A stretch of DNA of 64,000 bases from Octopus sinensis (GCF_006345805.1 NC_042997.1:63240001-63304000); one strand, 5' to 3'; positions 13,698 to 27,460 are shown, counted from the first letter of the stretch. Numbers and translations are program-made. Notes: generated from the sequence alone by a model not told the origin.

Positions 13698-15944
13698 GTA
13701 TGTATGTATGTATGTTCGTGTGTGTAAGTGTGTACGTGTGCGTGTAATATCAGTACATCGTCATCGCCAATCGTAATCGGCGGGTTGTACTGATATTTAC
13801 GATTACAAAAGAGTCAAATATATTACTGATAGAAAATTATTCAGGGACGTCATCTGAGAGGTGAAACTGGAAGTAGTCGTGTTAGGATTCTTTTTCCTTA
13901 TTATAATCAGCGTCATTAAGTTACATAGAAATAAATATGCGTTGAAGAAAGACAATATAATTCAATGACTAATATAGTTTGAACATAATTTTAATCCGCC
14001 AATTGTTTCAGTCAATTCTAAACATATTAAGTAATATGTTCTTATGTTTTTGTAATTGAATTACGGTAAATGCAAGCCAACGAATGTTCAATACTATATA
14101 TCTTTTCAGTAATTTTCTCAAAACTACTTCAGTAAGTACATTAAGTTCATAATTTACTAAGAAGGTCTAATATGATTGAAACTACTCCCGTACGCTTTAG
14201 AATAATTAAAATATTAGTAATTGACTAGTAGTAAAAATTACTACTCACGATTCTTTTGAACTGATTTTTCAATGCTAATTGAATTCTATATAATAAAACT
14301 AACTTAACTATTTCCTAATGAATAAAGTCTTTAAATGTTTCATCTTGCTTGGAGTATATATACCGGATTTGAAATAAAAAGGAAATGAATTTAGTTAGTG
14401 TTGACGGCCACGAATCTCTTGACAAACCATGTATACGTGCAAATAATTCCGAAAGTACAGTAAATTGTATTACTGCAGAAAAGAAGAGTTGAGTGTTTTG
14501 GGCTGTGATTTCATACAGTTTGAATCGATGCTTTAAAATGCGACAATCTGTTTCTAAATAGGACACCGTGTTTAGGTTTCCATAAACGTGACGTTGGAAT
14601 CGTGTATGTGTGTTAATCTTGACAAAACACAGTCTGAAACCGCTAACTAAACAATAATTGCTTGAAAGTACTGCCAGTTAGGAAAATATGATGTTTATCT
14701 GATGCAAATAAAGTCTTTTATATGCATCGCTTTTATAGAAAATCAGTCAAACAACCTTATCAAATTTATTTTTTAAATATACAAAGAGATAGTTTTGTTT
14801 CAGCTACTTTAAAACAAAAAGTGCTGATTTAGTTTGATTGGTTTTATGAAGTCTTATTTGCTTTTATAACATATGAAAATATTTCGACTATTTTTGTTAC
14901 CATTTCTATCAAAATAAACCAGTTGTTCTCATACTGAGAAATCTTTAAAGTGTTTTATTTTATTTAGTAGTTATTAAACAGCCGCAGAACTACAAAGTGG
15001 TTGACTCCATTTTAAATACTTGTAGCACGTGAAAATAATATTCACTAGTATTCTTTGTGAGTAGAAAATATAAAAAAATAATGGCTGAAAACTGTAGAAA
15101 AAGTTGTACAATAAGTTAAATTTAACAAATGTAAGACTGAAACATTTATGAAAAACAACCACTATATTTTTAAAGATATATTTTTACAGTCAAGTTATTG
15201 AAGTTCAGTTTTGATTTGGGGCAAGAGAACAAAATACGAAAGAAAACAAAAATACATTGTTCAAATTTCATCTTATGTTTATTCCAGACACGAATTGTAA
15301 TAAAGAGTCATAGAAAAACGAATTCCCAAATGGTCGTCACTCTTATAGTCTAGTCATTATTTACGAACTTTTGGATTAGAACAGTGATACTTTTGAACAA
15401 AATACTTTGCATCATATATTTTCTGAGTTACAATACCGTCTAGGTCAAATTCACCTTTCCTATCATGATTTCGTGATCGATATGATAAAATATCTGACAA
15501 GTTGTGAGGTTGACTATTGCTGTCCACAAATTTCTAGACTTGCTGCTTATTAAGCTATATTATTTACGAGGGTTTCAAGCGTTATTGCTGCATTTTCTCA
15601 TTGTTTTATGTATAATTTCCACTACTAGCATAAATAGGAATCATTTCCAAAGTGCACATGCGATATATTTATATCTGGATGGGCAGTATTTATGCTAATA
15701 ATATAAACGTGGAACTGATTTGTCAGATCAGATATTCAGGGCGAGACACAACGTAATTAATGTAGATTTATATCTTGTTTACACATTCTGTATTATGGCT
15801 ATGCTGAACCATTTCTTCAGTAGGTCAGCATCACAAATACGTAGACATTTCATCGGAAAATCAGCAGGGATATTTGAACATAAATCAATACATTCTTTGA
15901 AGAAAAAGTTTAAATCTTTGTGAAAAGTGTAATAATTCTTTTAT

Positions 15945-16110
15945 ATTCTCTTTTATCTTTTACTTGTTTCAGTCATTAGTCTATGGTCAGGCTGTGGCAC
16001 CGCCTTGGAGAGTTTTTAGTCGAATGTATCGGTTGTCAAGCGAAGGTGGGAGAACGGATACAGACACAGACAGACACAGACACACAGACACGCACACACA
16101 CAGACACACA

Positions 16111-16160
<50 letters not shown>

Positions 16161-16328
16161 CATACGAAGGGCTTCTTTCACTTTCCGTCTACCAAATTCA
16201 CTCACAATGCTTTGGCTGGGCCGATGCTATAGTAGAAGACACTTGCCGAAGGTGTCACGCAGTGGCACTGAACCCGGAACCATGTTTTTTGGAAACATGC
16301 TTCTTACCAGACAGCCTGCGATTCTGCG
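15945..16328 (-). mobile_element. SINE family A with internal (CA)n
   Basis: cttgtttcagtcatt tail, ggcaccgcc, tagtagaagacacttgcc..aggtg, gaacccggaaccatg (box B on minus strand). Confidence 0.8.
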
Positions 16329-16363
16329 GGATTAAAAAAATTCTCTTATATGAGTGTGTGTGC

Positions 16364-16397
<34 letters not shown>

Positions 16398-16479
16398 GTA
16401 TATACACACAGTTGTACCTTTAATTATCGAACACCTCTTATCACGAATAAATCGTGCTTTATATATATATATATATATA

Positions 16480-16852
16480 TTGTGAAGCATTGTCGAGTAT
16501 AACTTTAGAGAATGTAGTTGTGTAAAAGCGGACCAATGCAAGAAGGTACAAATTAAACTAGAAAATGAAGAGAAAACAAAACGAAGTTGCACTTTTACAT
16601 TGTATTTCTATATTTCGGGGTGAAAACCCTTCTTCAGGATATTCGAAAAAAGCGGTGGTTGGATGGATTTTGTTACTTAGATGTTTAGCAACAAACTTTC
16701 TTTTACCACCGCTTTTCTGAATGCCTGAAGAAGGGGTCTTCAGCCTGAACTATAGAAATACAAGGTAAAATTACATCTTGGTTCTGTTTCCTCTTCATTT
16801 TGTAGTTTATCTTGTACCTTCTTTCACTGTTCTGGCTTTATACATCCTTTAA
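16480..16852. mobile_element. Double-headed inverted-repeat element with an HHR-like motif in each arm
   Basis: Arms about 16500-16659 and 16705-16845; minus strand CTGAAGA AGGG..CCCC GAAA TATA gaaat (16603-16642); plus strand CTGAAGA AGG..CCT GAAC TATA gaaat (16725-16760); flanked by (TA)n and (TACA)n. Confidence 0.75.
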
Positions 16853-16881
16853 ATACATACATACATACATACATACATACA

Positions 16882-16915
<34 letters not shown>

Positions 16916-16944
16916 CATACATACATATATATGTGTGTGTATTT

Positions 16945-17375
16945 CCGGAGTCGATGAAAAAAGTACCAGTTTATTACCGAGGTTATTGCAATCGACTTTC
17001 TCCCTCAACAAAATTCTCAGGCCTTCAGTCTATGATATAGACTGGGCTAAGCAGTATTTCGTCTGCTGTTACGTTGTGAGTTCAAATTCCGCCGAGGTCG
17101 ACTATGCCCATCATCCTTTCGGGATCGATTAAATAAGTACCAGTTACGCACTGGGGTCTATGTAATCGACTTAATCCGTTTGTCTGTACTTGTTTGTCCT
17201 CTCTGTTTTTTAGCTCCTTGTGGGTAGTAAAGAAATAGGTATTTCATCTGTCTTTTTGTTTTGAGTTCAGATTCTGCAGAGGTCAATAAAAATGTACCAG
17301 TCAACGTAACTGACTAGCCCCCACCATCACCCCTCAAAAAATTTCAGGCTTTTTGCATATAGCAGTAGAATGGAT
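16945..17375 (+). mobile_element. SINE family B, several partial tandem units
   Basis: gtatttcgtctg..gagttcaaattccgccgaggtcgac..catcctttcggg..agtaccagtt repeated; matches other family B copies. Confidence 0.8.
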
Positions 17376-18061
17376 TATTTCACTTTTCAGAGTATAACGT
17401 AACAAACGGGGCACTCTTTCGTTGGACCTTTAATGGTTTATACGTTGTGTTAATGGTTAGAACGATGGGCTGTAATATAGATTTCTTAACATACTTCACG
17501 AATCGAAACACAACAAAACTTTCAAATCGCTTGTATACATAAAATCCAATTACAATTTGTAGTTAAGTAATATAATAAAATTAAAGTAAATAGAAACTAG
17601 AGAAATATCGAAAGTTTCGGTTCTTATTGAATTTCAAAACAATTTTTGCCGAAAAGACGTGTAAGTATACTATTGGTACTCTTTATGTCTATGTGTGTGT
17701 ATTTAACAAGTAATAGCTTTAGATGATACAATTACGCGTAGAGACAAACTTTAGCCACCTTAGTACACAAATTGAAGTATGTATACATACATACATACAT
17801 ATAAATATATATATATATGTATATATTTCCTACCTAATTTATATGTGTATATACATACGTAAGCGTGTATATGTAAATATACACATATATGTTTGAGTGT
17901 GTGAGTTGGTAAGTATGGGTGTGCGAAAATTATCTCTAAGGCAACACGAATTAATAACGCTTTTTCAAGAATAAAGAAATAAGCCGAAAGCAGCTATGAA
18001 TAAACAATATACTCCGCCTTAGGTTATAGATTTAATAGGCACACATTCATAATATTGAAAC

Positions 18062-18126
<65 letters not shown>

Positions 18127-18176
18127 AAATATTGAATTTCTAAATCTCTCGTAGAGACATGTACGGTGGTGGGGCG

Positions 18177-18663
18177 ATAGAATGGTTGTATGCTGTCAAT
18201 CTAACAAGAACGTGACAGTAGGGGGTACACCACCGTTGTATAGCCCTAGGAGGTATCGAACGCCTCCTGACAGCTTCGACACATTTTTTCCCTCTGTCCT
18301 TATATACATATACGAAGGGGAGACAAACACCCCCAACCGCCGGAACTGCATCTAGGGACACCGTGTTTCAGGATCATTGTCCTTCACTGAGTTTACATAT
18401 ATACAGATACGAAGTCCAGGCAGATATCACCAGCCGACCGGTGTCTGCTACTCTAGGCCGATGAAGGACAATGACCCTGAAACACGGTGTCCCTAGATGC
18501 AGTTCCGGCGGTTGGGGGTGTTTGTCTCCCCTTCGTATATGTATATAAGGACACAGAGAAAAAATGTGTCGAAGCTGTCAGGAGGCGTTCGATACCTCCT
18601 AGGGCTATACAACGGTGGTGTACCCCCTAGTGTCACGTTCTTGTTAGATTGACAGTATACAAC

Positions 18664-18671
<8 letters not shown>
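18177..18671. repeat. Young 210-bp inverted repeat (75-bp spacer) between (TA)n tracts
   Basis: 18177-18386 vs 18462-18671, about 5 mismatches, no net indel. Confidence 0.95.
18452..18497 (+). ncRNA. Type I hammerhead ribozyme (CCGAUGA core variant)
   Basis: TCTAGG CCGATGA AGG-acaatgac-CCT GAAA CAC-G-GTG TC CCTAGA; perfect 6-bp stem I, GUC cleavage after 18491. Confidence 0.85.
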
Positions 18672-18751
<80 letters not shown>

Positions 18752-18970
18752 TGATATACATATAAAATACATATACATACATACGTGCGTGGATAACATA
18801 TATGTATGCATATGCATACGTTTGCCTGTATATATATAGATATGAGTGCGTGTGCGCGTGCGTTTCTGTGTTACTTAAATAAGTGTGCTTATATAATCGT
18901 TGATTCTACTAGATACACGAAGATATATATGCATACATACAATATATATATAATATGTATATACTATATA

Positions 18971-19012
<42 letters not shown>

Positions 19013-19015
<3 letters not shown>

Positions 19016-19875
19016 CCAACTCTCGCTACTATGCCCCTCGCTACTATGCCACTCTCGCTACTATGCCATTTTTGCGCGGTCCCGGCCAAATAATAAACAA
19101 AAAATTTTTACTATGCCACCCTCAACTCTCGCTACAATGCCACTTGTAAACTGAAGCGCACGCAACTTTTCGAAAATTTGTACTCCTACATTTTGTACAT
19201 TTCGTATTTTTAATCTTGTGAAAAGTTCAGAAAGTAGCACACAAAGTCAGCTCAGAAACGCAAGCGGACTGAGTTTACGCTGAAGGAAAAGAAGGAGATT
19301 ATCGATGCTGCGAAAAACGTTATTGTCGGGTCCCTCGTATCATTAGTAATATCTGATACAAGTTACCGCCCCTTGTATTGTCCGACATGTTTCACTCTAG
19401 AAGAAATAGCAAAGGAGGTAATGCATAACGAAGAGACGGTGGAAAGTGAAGACGACGAGGTAATTGTGGAAGAGGAATACGTTTCGTTTGCAGATGCCCA
19501 GAGAGCATGGAGCAATATCCGAAAGTTTATGCAGCAGCAGAGCAGCGGAGCAGCGGAAAACCCAGCGTCATGCAGGTGTGTGATAGACTAGACAACGAAT
19601 TGAATGAAATCCTCCGAAAGAAGATGCGTCAGCCGACAATTTTTGAGAGCTTCGGGATTAGCTAAAAGCAATTTGAACTTAAACTTGGATGTCTTCTTTT
19701 TACCATTGTATTGAACTTCTTATTATCCTTACTTCCTACCCTATGAATTTTTATTTTGTTCAGTAAATTTTTGGTTATGTAGTGTTTGGATAACATACCC
19801 TCGGTACTATGCCACTCTCGATACTGTGCCACTTTGGCTCAGTCCCGCAGGGTGGCATAGTAGCGAGAGTTGATG
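19013..19875 (+). mobile_element. Internally deleted pogo/Tigger DNA transposon
   Basis: TIRs CAGCCAACTCTCGCTACTATGCC / GGCATAGTAGCGAGAGTTGATG, TA TSD, subterminal ctcgctactatgcc repeats; N-terminus RKRTEFTLKEKKEII and C-terminus KKMRQPTIFESFG retained. Confidence 0.9.
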
Positions 19876-19886
19876 TATATATATAC

Positions 19887-19919
<33 letters not shown>

Positions 19920-19950
19920 CACACATATATATATATTATATATATATATA

Positions 19951-20921
19951 TCTTATATAAAAGGCAGATTTTATCTGCCTCCTTTGTCAGTTATAGAAAT
20001 CTACAATATAGGATTTCTTCAATTACAATTACCTAGCATTTTTAAGAGTAGAATGCATCGGGTCTGCCAGGTCCAGTTTTAAAATTTAAACTCCAATTAA
20101 GCAAATTTACAGAAAACTCACATTCTGGTGTGTATGTCAAATGCTTTTCTTAATGTGGTTTACACCACACGCAAACGCACACACACACAAAGGAAGCAAA
20201 CTGTTTCACTGACGCTATCACCCTTCTCCTCCTTTGTCTTTGCAAGTTTGCAGCTATTAAAGTGAAAACAGTGAATCCGACAGCGATAAATAAAACGAAT
20301 TAGCACCTGAATGGAGTGAAAATTTAAAAACTGTTTCTTTCGGTGATTTTTCTGAAGAAACTGCACCAAGCCACAGACTTTCCCAGAAGAGTAAAGCCTT
20401 AAACTATTTCTATTTACTTTTTCGAATGAGCCTATTTGAAATCATTACGGCAGAAACGAACCGTTACGCTAAACGTAAACAAAACGAAAGAAAGGATAGT
20501 TTGTTATTTCCCACAACCTTAAATGAAATTAAGGCCTATTTTGCCATAAATATTATTATGGGTATCAGAAAGTTACCCAGAATAACAAATTCTATCGTAA
20601 AATTTTGTTGTATACCCAATTGAATATTAGCTAATAACCCATTTTCTATAGCGATGTTTGAACAAAATTTTACTAATTTATATATTGTTGAATTTACCTG
20701 TATCTACCTGCAATTAGAGTCACTTTGTGACAAAAAGTATAGTATAGAATTGGTTGAGGACATTTCATTAAATTATCTTCCAAAAATCAGATTAATATAT
20801 TGACAAATAAAAAAGTTATTGTTGTTTAATGGAACCAGACTAAATTTATGATTACGTTAGAAAATAATTGAAACACATAAGGGGTGTATTTTGGTCAGAA
20901 ATATACTAACGAAAGGGTTAA
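19951..20921 (+). mobile_element. piggyBac-derived remnant behind a Helitron-like 5' end
   Basis: LFEIITAETNRYAK...PTTLNEIKAYFAINIIMGIRKLPRI (piggyBac transposase motif, 20426-20590); right end ..GAAAGGG|TTAA at 20917-20921; left start TCTTATATAAAA. Confidence 0.7.
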
Positions 20922-21029
20922 GAAAAACCAAAAAATATTTTATTCTTTATAAATGTTGTATTCAAAATAACATTTTCTTTTAAGAATGTGTATATAACAA
21001 AGTATGTGTATATAACTACGTGACTTATA

Positions 21030-21425
21030 TCTTTATATATAAAAGTGAAGTTGTGTGTCTGTCTCCTACGATTTAGATTCCTAACTACTCTCACATTTTG
21101 CGGTGCAGTGTAACCAAAACCGGGTATCTTATAGTCGTGAGTCATATCGAGCCCTTCTGGGTATTAGCGCGCGTCTACGATGAGTCTACGATTTAAAAAA
21201 ATTTACCATCATATTTTTCCATTTTAATGCATTTTTTTCGCTATTATATAAGGGAAGTAACTCTCTAAAAATATCTACGATGTGTCAACGATTTAAAAAG
21301 AAATTTACCTTAATTTTTTTTCCATTTTTAATGCATTTTTTCCTATTTTTTGGCTATAACTCTCTAAAAATGCTTATATAGTTATTTCCCTTACAAACCC
21401 GAGCAACGCCGGGCGATACTGCTAG
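21030..21425 (+). mobile_element. Complete non-autonomous Helitron
   Basis: 5' TC start, 3' hairpin CCCG-agcaacgc-CGGG (21398-21413) then CTAG, inserted at A|T; internal tandem duplication of about 100 bp. Confidence 0.9.
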
Positions 21426-21442
21426 TATATATATATATATAT

Positions 21443-21775
21443 GGGCGTAGGATTGACTGTATGGTAAGAATAGGCGTAGGAGTGGCTGTGTGCTAAGTAA
21501 TTTGGTTACGAACCACATGGTTCAGGATTCAGTCCCACTGTGTGGCACCTTGAGCAAGTGACTTCTACTATAGCTCCGAGCCGACGAGAGCCTTATAACT
21601 GGATTTGGTCGACGGAAACCGATGGTAGTGTGTTTACGTTCCAGTAACTTAGCGGTTCGGCAAAAGAGACCGATAGAATAAGTACTAGGCTTACAAAGAA
21701 TATGTCGTGGGGTCCGTTTGCTCGACTAAAGGCGGTGCACCAGCAAATGACTGAAACAAGTAAAAGATTAAAAGA
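21443..21775 (+). mobile_element. SINE family A with duplicated head
   Basis: ggcgtagga(g/t)tg(g/a)ctgt twice; ggcaccttgagcaagtgacttctactatagc; tail ggcggtgcaccagca..gactgaaacaagtaaaaga. Confidence 0.85.
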
Positions 21776-21819
21776 GTTTATAAAATATATATATATATGT
21801 ATATATATAATATGTTTAT

Positions 21820-21866
<47 letters not shown>

Positions 21867-22626
21867 TATATATAATATATATATTATATAATATATATAT
21901 ATATATATATATACCATATATATTATATAATATATATATATACCATATATATTATATAATATTATATATATATATATATATATGAGCTGCGGCCATGCTG
22001 ATGTATAATATATATAATATATATAACATATACAATATACATATATAATATATATACAATATATATAACTTCCGGTTTTCGTAGAGGAAAGACGTGTTTG
22101 CTTTTGCTCTGTGAAAAAAACTAAAAAAATTCCATAAATCGACGAAATAATCTACTAAAAGTAACAAAACGTAGAACTTGTTAACTCATAAAATCTACTA
22201 AAATACATTAATTAAAAATATATTAATTAAAAACGTAATATATTTCGCTTAAAGCCAAATATAATACAGTAAAGTTAGTTACGCATGCTAGATTCTTCGC
22301 CGAAAAATACGTGTTGGCAAGTCTTTAATTTATCTCCAGCCAAATGTAAGTAGGAAAAAGAATTGTTTTCTTTTCTACTGTGAAAGAAAACTTCTTCGTA
22401 CAAGCACGAGGCTTTGAACTGTACCTTTTACGATAAGTATCGCTTCCAGTTTGTTTATTAATCTTTTATTTTCCTGTAATTAGTTTAGAATTAAATAATT
22501 CCTTCATTTCCTCACTTTCTTCTACATCTTCTCTCCTATCTTACATATATTCCCCCACTTCCAGCTCCTTTCTTTATCTCTCTTTACGCTTACCCTTCTC
22601 TCTCTCTTGCATATCTTGCATATATG

Positions 22627-22685
<59 letters not shown>

Positions 22686-23084
22686 GATATGTATGCACTA
22701 TATATATTAAATATAATACATATACAATATATATATATATACACAATATATATAATATATATCATATATATATATAATATACATGTATATAATACATATA
22801 TATATATATAATACGTAAATAATATAAATAATATATATATATATATCTAATATATATAATATAATATATATATAATGTATATATATAATATATCTAATAT
22901 ATATGATATAATATATATCCTTAAAAAATCCTTAAACATGATTTAGCCCGAAGGCCGCGGCCATGCTGGGGCACCAAATGTGTATATATATGTATATTAG
23001 ATACATATATATATGTATCTGATATATAATATATATATTATGTATACACTATATATATGCGTATAATATATATTAAATACATAT

Positions 23085-23148
<64 letters not shown>

Positions 23149-23182
23149 CATATATATATTAAATATATATATATATATTTTT

Positions 23183-23680
23183 TCTCTAGTTTCAACTCAG
23201 AGCTGCGGCCATGCTGATGCACCACCGTTTTGTGCTACACTGTTATTGCGAAGAACCTCGTCTAATATGTGGCACTTGGTGAAGAATGGAGTTTGATATA
23301 GCTACTCTCATTTGCACCTCTTGCCGTGAGGTAGGTTTATCTGGGACTCTCGACAGGAAGATGTCCAGCTTTGATTTAAAAACCGCTACATCTACTTTGT
23401 GAAAGTTTCTCAGACACTTTGGGAGAATATTAAAAATCTGTGGGCTCTTGAGATCCATGCTGTTGCTGAAGCTGGTCCTGAAGCGTGATGGCATTGCTGG
23501 GATCTTTGGCACTATGCAGTGTCGTCCCGTTCTAGCATTGGTGTAGCTTACAATGCCAAAATTTGGCACAATTCCTTCCAGGATCTTCCAGACATATATT
23601 ACTGCATACCTCTCTCGTCTTCTCTCCAGGGAGTAGTCTTAGCTGTTTCAACCTTTCCCAGTAGCTGACCTGTTGCAAAG
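23183..23680 (-). mobile_element. 3' end of a CR1/L2/Jockey-group LINE
   Basis: ..RRERYAVIYVWKILEGIVPNFGI..TGRHCIVP..PQIFNILPKCLRN..FKSKLDIFLSRVPDKP; 3' tail ggtgcatcagcatggccgcagctctgagttgaaac. Confidence 0.8.
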
Positions 23681-23792
23681 ATATGTATATATGATATATA
23701 AAGTATATAAAGATATATATATATATAATATATATGTATATATATAATGTATATATCGTGCATATATATGTATATGTATATACATATGTATG

Positions 23793-23833
<41 letters not shown>

Positions 23834-23859
23834 CTATGTATCTGTGTATCTATATATGT

Positions 23860-25380
23860 AACCACTCCAATGACTGACAGATTGTGTATTGAGAGTGGTG
23901 TTTAGTAAGTTTAATACAAGGGAACAGGGCCTTCTCCTTATATAACCTATGACAGTGACTATTTAGATGATCATTACCTCAGTAGAATCTGCCCCACCAG
24001 GTCACAGACGGGAAGACCACTCACCACCGTTTCAGCAGTGAAGAAAAGCACTATCAAAGCTGAAGTGGCTGGACAGCACCCGCCCAAAACCCTGAAGAAC
24101 AGTCAAGTGAAAGAAAAGATTGCACAAGCAACAGGGGCCAGTGTAAAAGTACTTTGAAGAACCACATAGTAAAGTTTTACAAAAAATATACATGCAGGTT
24201 CATGGAGATGTGGCCGGCTTCTTCATGGCTTGATGGGACAGAAAACTTAAGCAAATGTTAGTAGAACAGCCTCAGTTCTTCTACTCTACGGTAGGTATGT
24301 AGATGACATAAATATCATAGTTAAGACCAACTCTATTAACGTTGGTGTAGAAACTGAAAGGAACGTAATGGAGAGCATCCTGAAAGTAGCTAAATCATCC
24401 ACCAAAGTATCAAGGTAACAATAGATTACTGCACTAGGTACCCCAGCAATAGACTCCCCGTATATGTTATTGAACTTTGGTTAGAGACTGTGAACAATAG
24501 AGTGCAGCTCCTCCACTCCTGTAACATGAAGCCTATAGCTTCAAGTATGTTGTTCACAAGAGCTCAGCTTTGTTACACAACATGAAAATTAACATAATGA
24601 TGGCAGACTTGGGTAATGAACAATGTGTCCCCACTATGCGAACCGTATCAAACGGAAAAAAACATACAGAACTTTATGCACCGCATGCAATTTTCTGGAT
24701 ATGATCAGAAAGATAGGGTTCTAGTATACAGGCGCGCTAGAAAGAAATTAGATTACATCAAGGCTAATGATACCCTAGATAGAGAAACAAAGACTGGAAT
24801 AGGATACAAAGAACTTGTAAGAAAGCAAGGAGGGTGAACACGTGGTATAAACCGACAAATATCAACGAGTAATGTTTGTAGAGGCCACATCCCATGGAAA
24901 ACTAGCGCGTAGATTTAGATTAACTCTGAAGGAGACGAAACTCAACATTAAGATTTTTGAAAAGCCAGCGAAATCCATCAGATCACAACTATGTATGACG
25001 TACCCCTTTGAGAATACCATAAACACCAATGATAACAGCATGATATGTAGGATTAATGCTGGCATTACCTGTACAACTAGAAGTGTAGTTTACAGCATAA
25101 GATGCATAGAATGTGCTTGTAAAGACATGAACATGACATACATAGGGGAGACATCTAGGAGCATTGCGAACAACTAAATGAACATTTGAGACAATATGAC
25201 GACAAAAATAGTCCTCCATACTCTACTAACATACCAAGGACCAACATGGAGGTAACCTCTGTCAACTTGACATCCGCATCTTATCCAAGCATCCAAACAA
25301 TCAAACACTCAGACAAATACAGGAGTACGTTCTCATAAATGAAACTTACTCAATACTAAATAGGAAATATGCATAGTAGG
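23860..25380 (+). mobile_element. Decayed Penelope-like element (RT + GIY-YIG)
   Basis: RYVDDINIIV at about 24294; FMHRMQFSGY thumb region; CTTRSVVYSIRCIEC...YIGETSRS endonuclease; many stops and frameshifts. Confidence 0.85.
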
Positions 25381-26189
25381 TATCGTAATCCCATACAGGT
25401 AGAGTAGAATAGTTAGTGGGCTGTTATGTATGTATATGTATATGTGTGTGTGTGAGCGTTTGTATATATATGTATATGCATATGTATGTAAGCATATGGA
25501 TATGAAAGTAAACAGATCAACATACAGACGGATAGGTACATAGGTTATATTAACAAACAAGCACACATACGAACACATTCACAAATTAAGAGTGAAACAC
25601 ATGACCATGCACACACACACTTTACTTCACACAAGGACACATATGGAGATATACGTCCACAGATATGGAGATACACATCCATATATACAACATGGTACAT
25701 AGTTACAAAACACACACAAACGCATATATACACACAGAGAGTCAGACATGCACATACAAGGAAACAGAAGTACACATTTACATGCACACAAAAACACACA
25801 CAGACAGGCAAACACATGGGTTTGCAGAATACATACAGACAAATGTACACACATACATACATAAATAAATGCACACACACACACGTATGCATACATACAT
25901 ACATGCATGCATGCATATGCTCACGCACACACTAAGACACAGACATGCGCAAAAGCAAACAGAAAGGAAAGAAGTGTGAATAAAGGACAGAGTCAAACCT
26001 ATTGAAATGGTTGTAAGAAGCATGGAAACTTTAGAGTAATAAAGAAGGATATCAGCGGAAATTTTACCCGTGTGTGTATTAAATTGTAAGGCACTAAAAT
26101 AGAGTAACTCTCCCCAGGCACAACGGTAAATACTTCAACACAAGAACTCACATAAAGACTCTTGTAAACCAAGTCAAAAAACAAACTAC

Positions 26190-26397
26190 ATGTGTGTGTG
26201 TGTATGTATATATATATATATATATAATATATATGTATGTGTGTGTGCATATATATATGCGTTTATATGTGTATATATCTGTATGTAAATATATATATGT
26301 ATACATGTATGTATATATATATATCTATATGTATATATATATGTATTTGTATATGCATGTATATGTATGTATATATATATGTATATATACGTATATG

Positions 26398-26428
<31 letters not shown>

Positions 26429-27068
26429 ATATATACATATGAATATGTATGTATATGTATAAGTACATATATGTATATGTATATATATGTATATGCATAT
26501 GTATATATATATATATATATGTACATATATATATATGTATATATATATGTATATATGTATATGTATATATATGTATATATATATATATATGTATATATGC
26601 GTATATATATGTAGATATATATGTAGATATATATATGTAAATATATATGTGTAAATATATATATACATATATATATATATATATGTATGTATATATATAT
26701 ATATATGTATATGTGTATATATATATATTTTTTTTTATAAGTATATATAACTATATGAATATATAAATGTATATAAATATATGTGTATATATATATATGT
26801 ATGTATAGGGGAGAGTTCACGAAAAAACAAAAGACGAAGACAGGTGGTGTACAAAACAAACAGATGTATTATTATAACGCTCAAGAATTGAAAAACTCTT
26901 TTACGTTTCGAGCCTACACTCTTCTACAGAAAGGGAAACAGAAAACAAACAAAGAGAGAAACAAGGAGTGAAAAAATATGTGTATTAGCTACCGATCTAT
27001 GATGATACACACACACCACACACACACACACATACACACACACATATATATATAATATATATATATTA

Positions 27069-27099
<31 letters not shown>

Positions 27100-27328
27100 A
27101 TGTGTATATATATATGCATATATATACGTATAGATATATGTATATATATATGTATATATATGTGTATGAATATATGTATATATATATATATGTATATATA
27201 TGTGTATGCATATATAGATACTCATATATATATGCACATATATATGGATATATATATGTGTATATATACATATATGTAAATATATGTATATTGATGTATA
27301 TATATAAATGTATATATATGTATAAATG

Positions 27329-27364
<36 letters not shown>

Positions 27365-27379
27365 TAATATATATATATC

Positions 27380-27410
<31 letters not shown>

Positions 27411-27460
27411 GTTGTCTCATATATATGGTCGCAGCTGTATATATATATATACATATATGA
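26190..27460. repeat. Compound (TA)n/(TATG)n/(CA)n low-complexity array interrupted by a pLTR fragment
   Basis: Directly visible; source of many spurious YIYI ORFs. Dozens of similar tracts occur across the window. Confidence 0.95.
26898..26933 (-). ncRNA. Minimal hammerhead variant within pLTR fragment 26807-27000
   Basis: Minus strand: CTTT CTGTAGA aGAGT-gtag-GCTC GAAA CG TA AAAG; palindromic ACGT stem III; non-canonical A6U in the core. Confidence 0.6.

Noticed and set aside
19020-19145. Short direct repeats ctcgctactatgcc resembling a CRISPR array
   Set aside because: Subterminal repeats of a pogo/Tigger TIR in eukaryotic DNA; no unique spacers or cas genes
21470-21545. tRNA genes
   Set aside because: Box A/B-like heads belong to SINEs; no full cloverleaf
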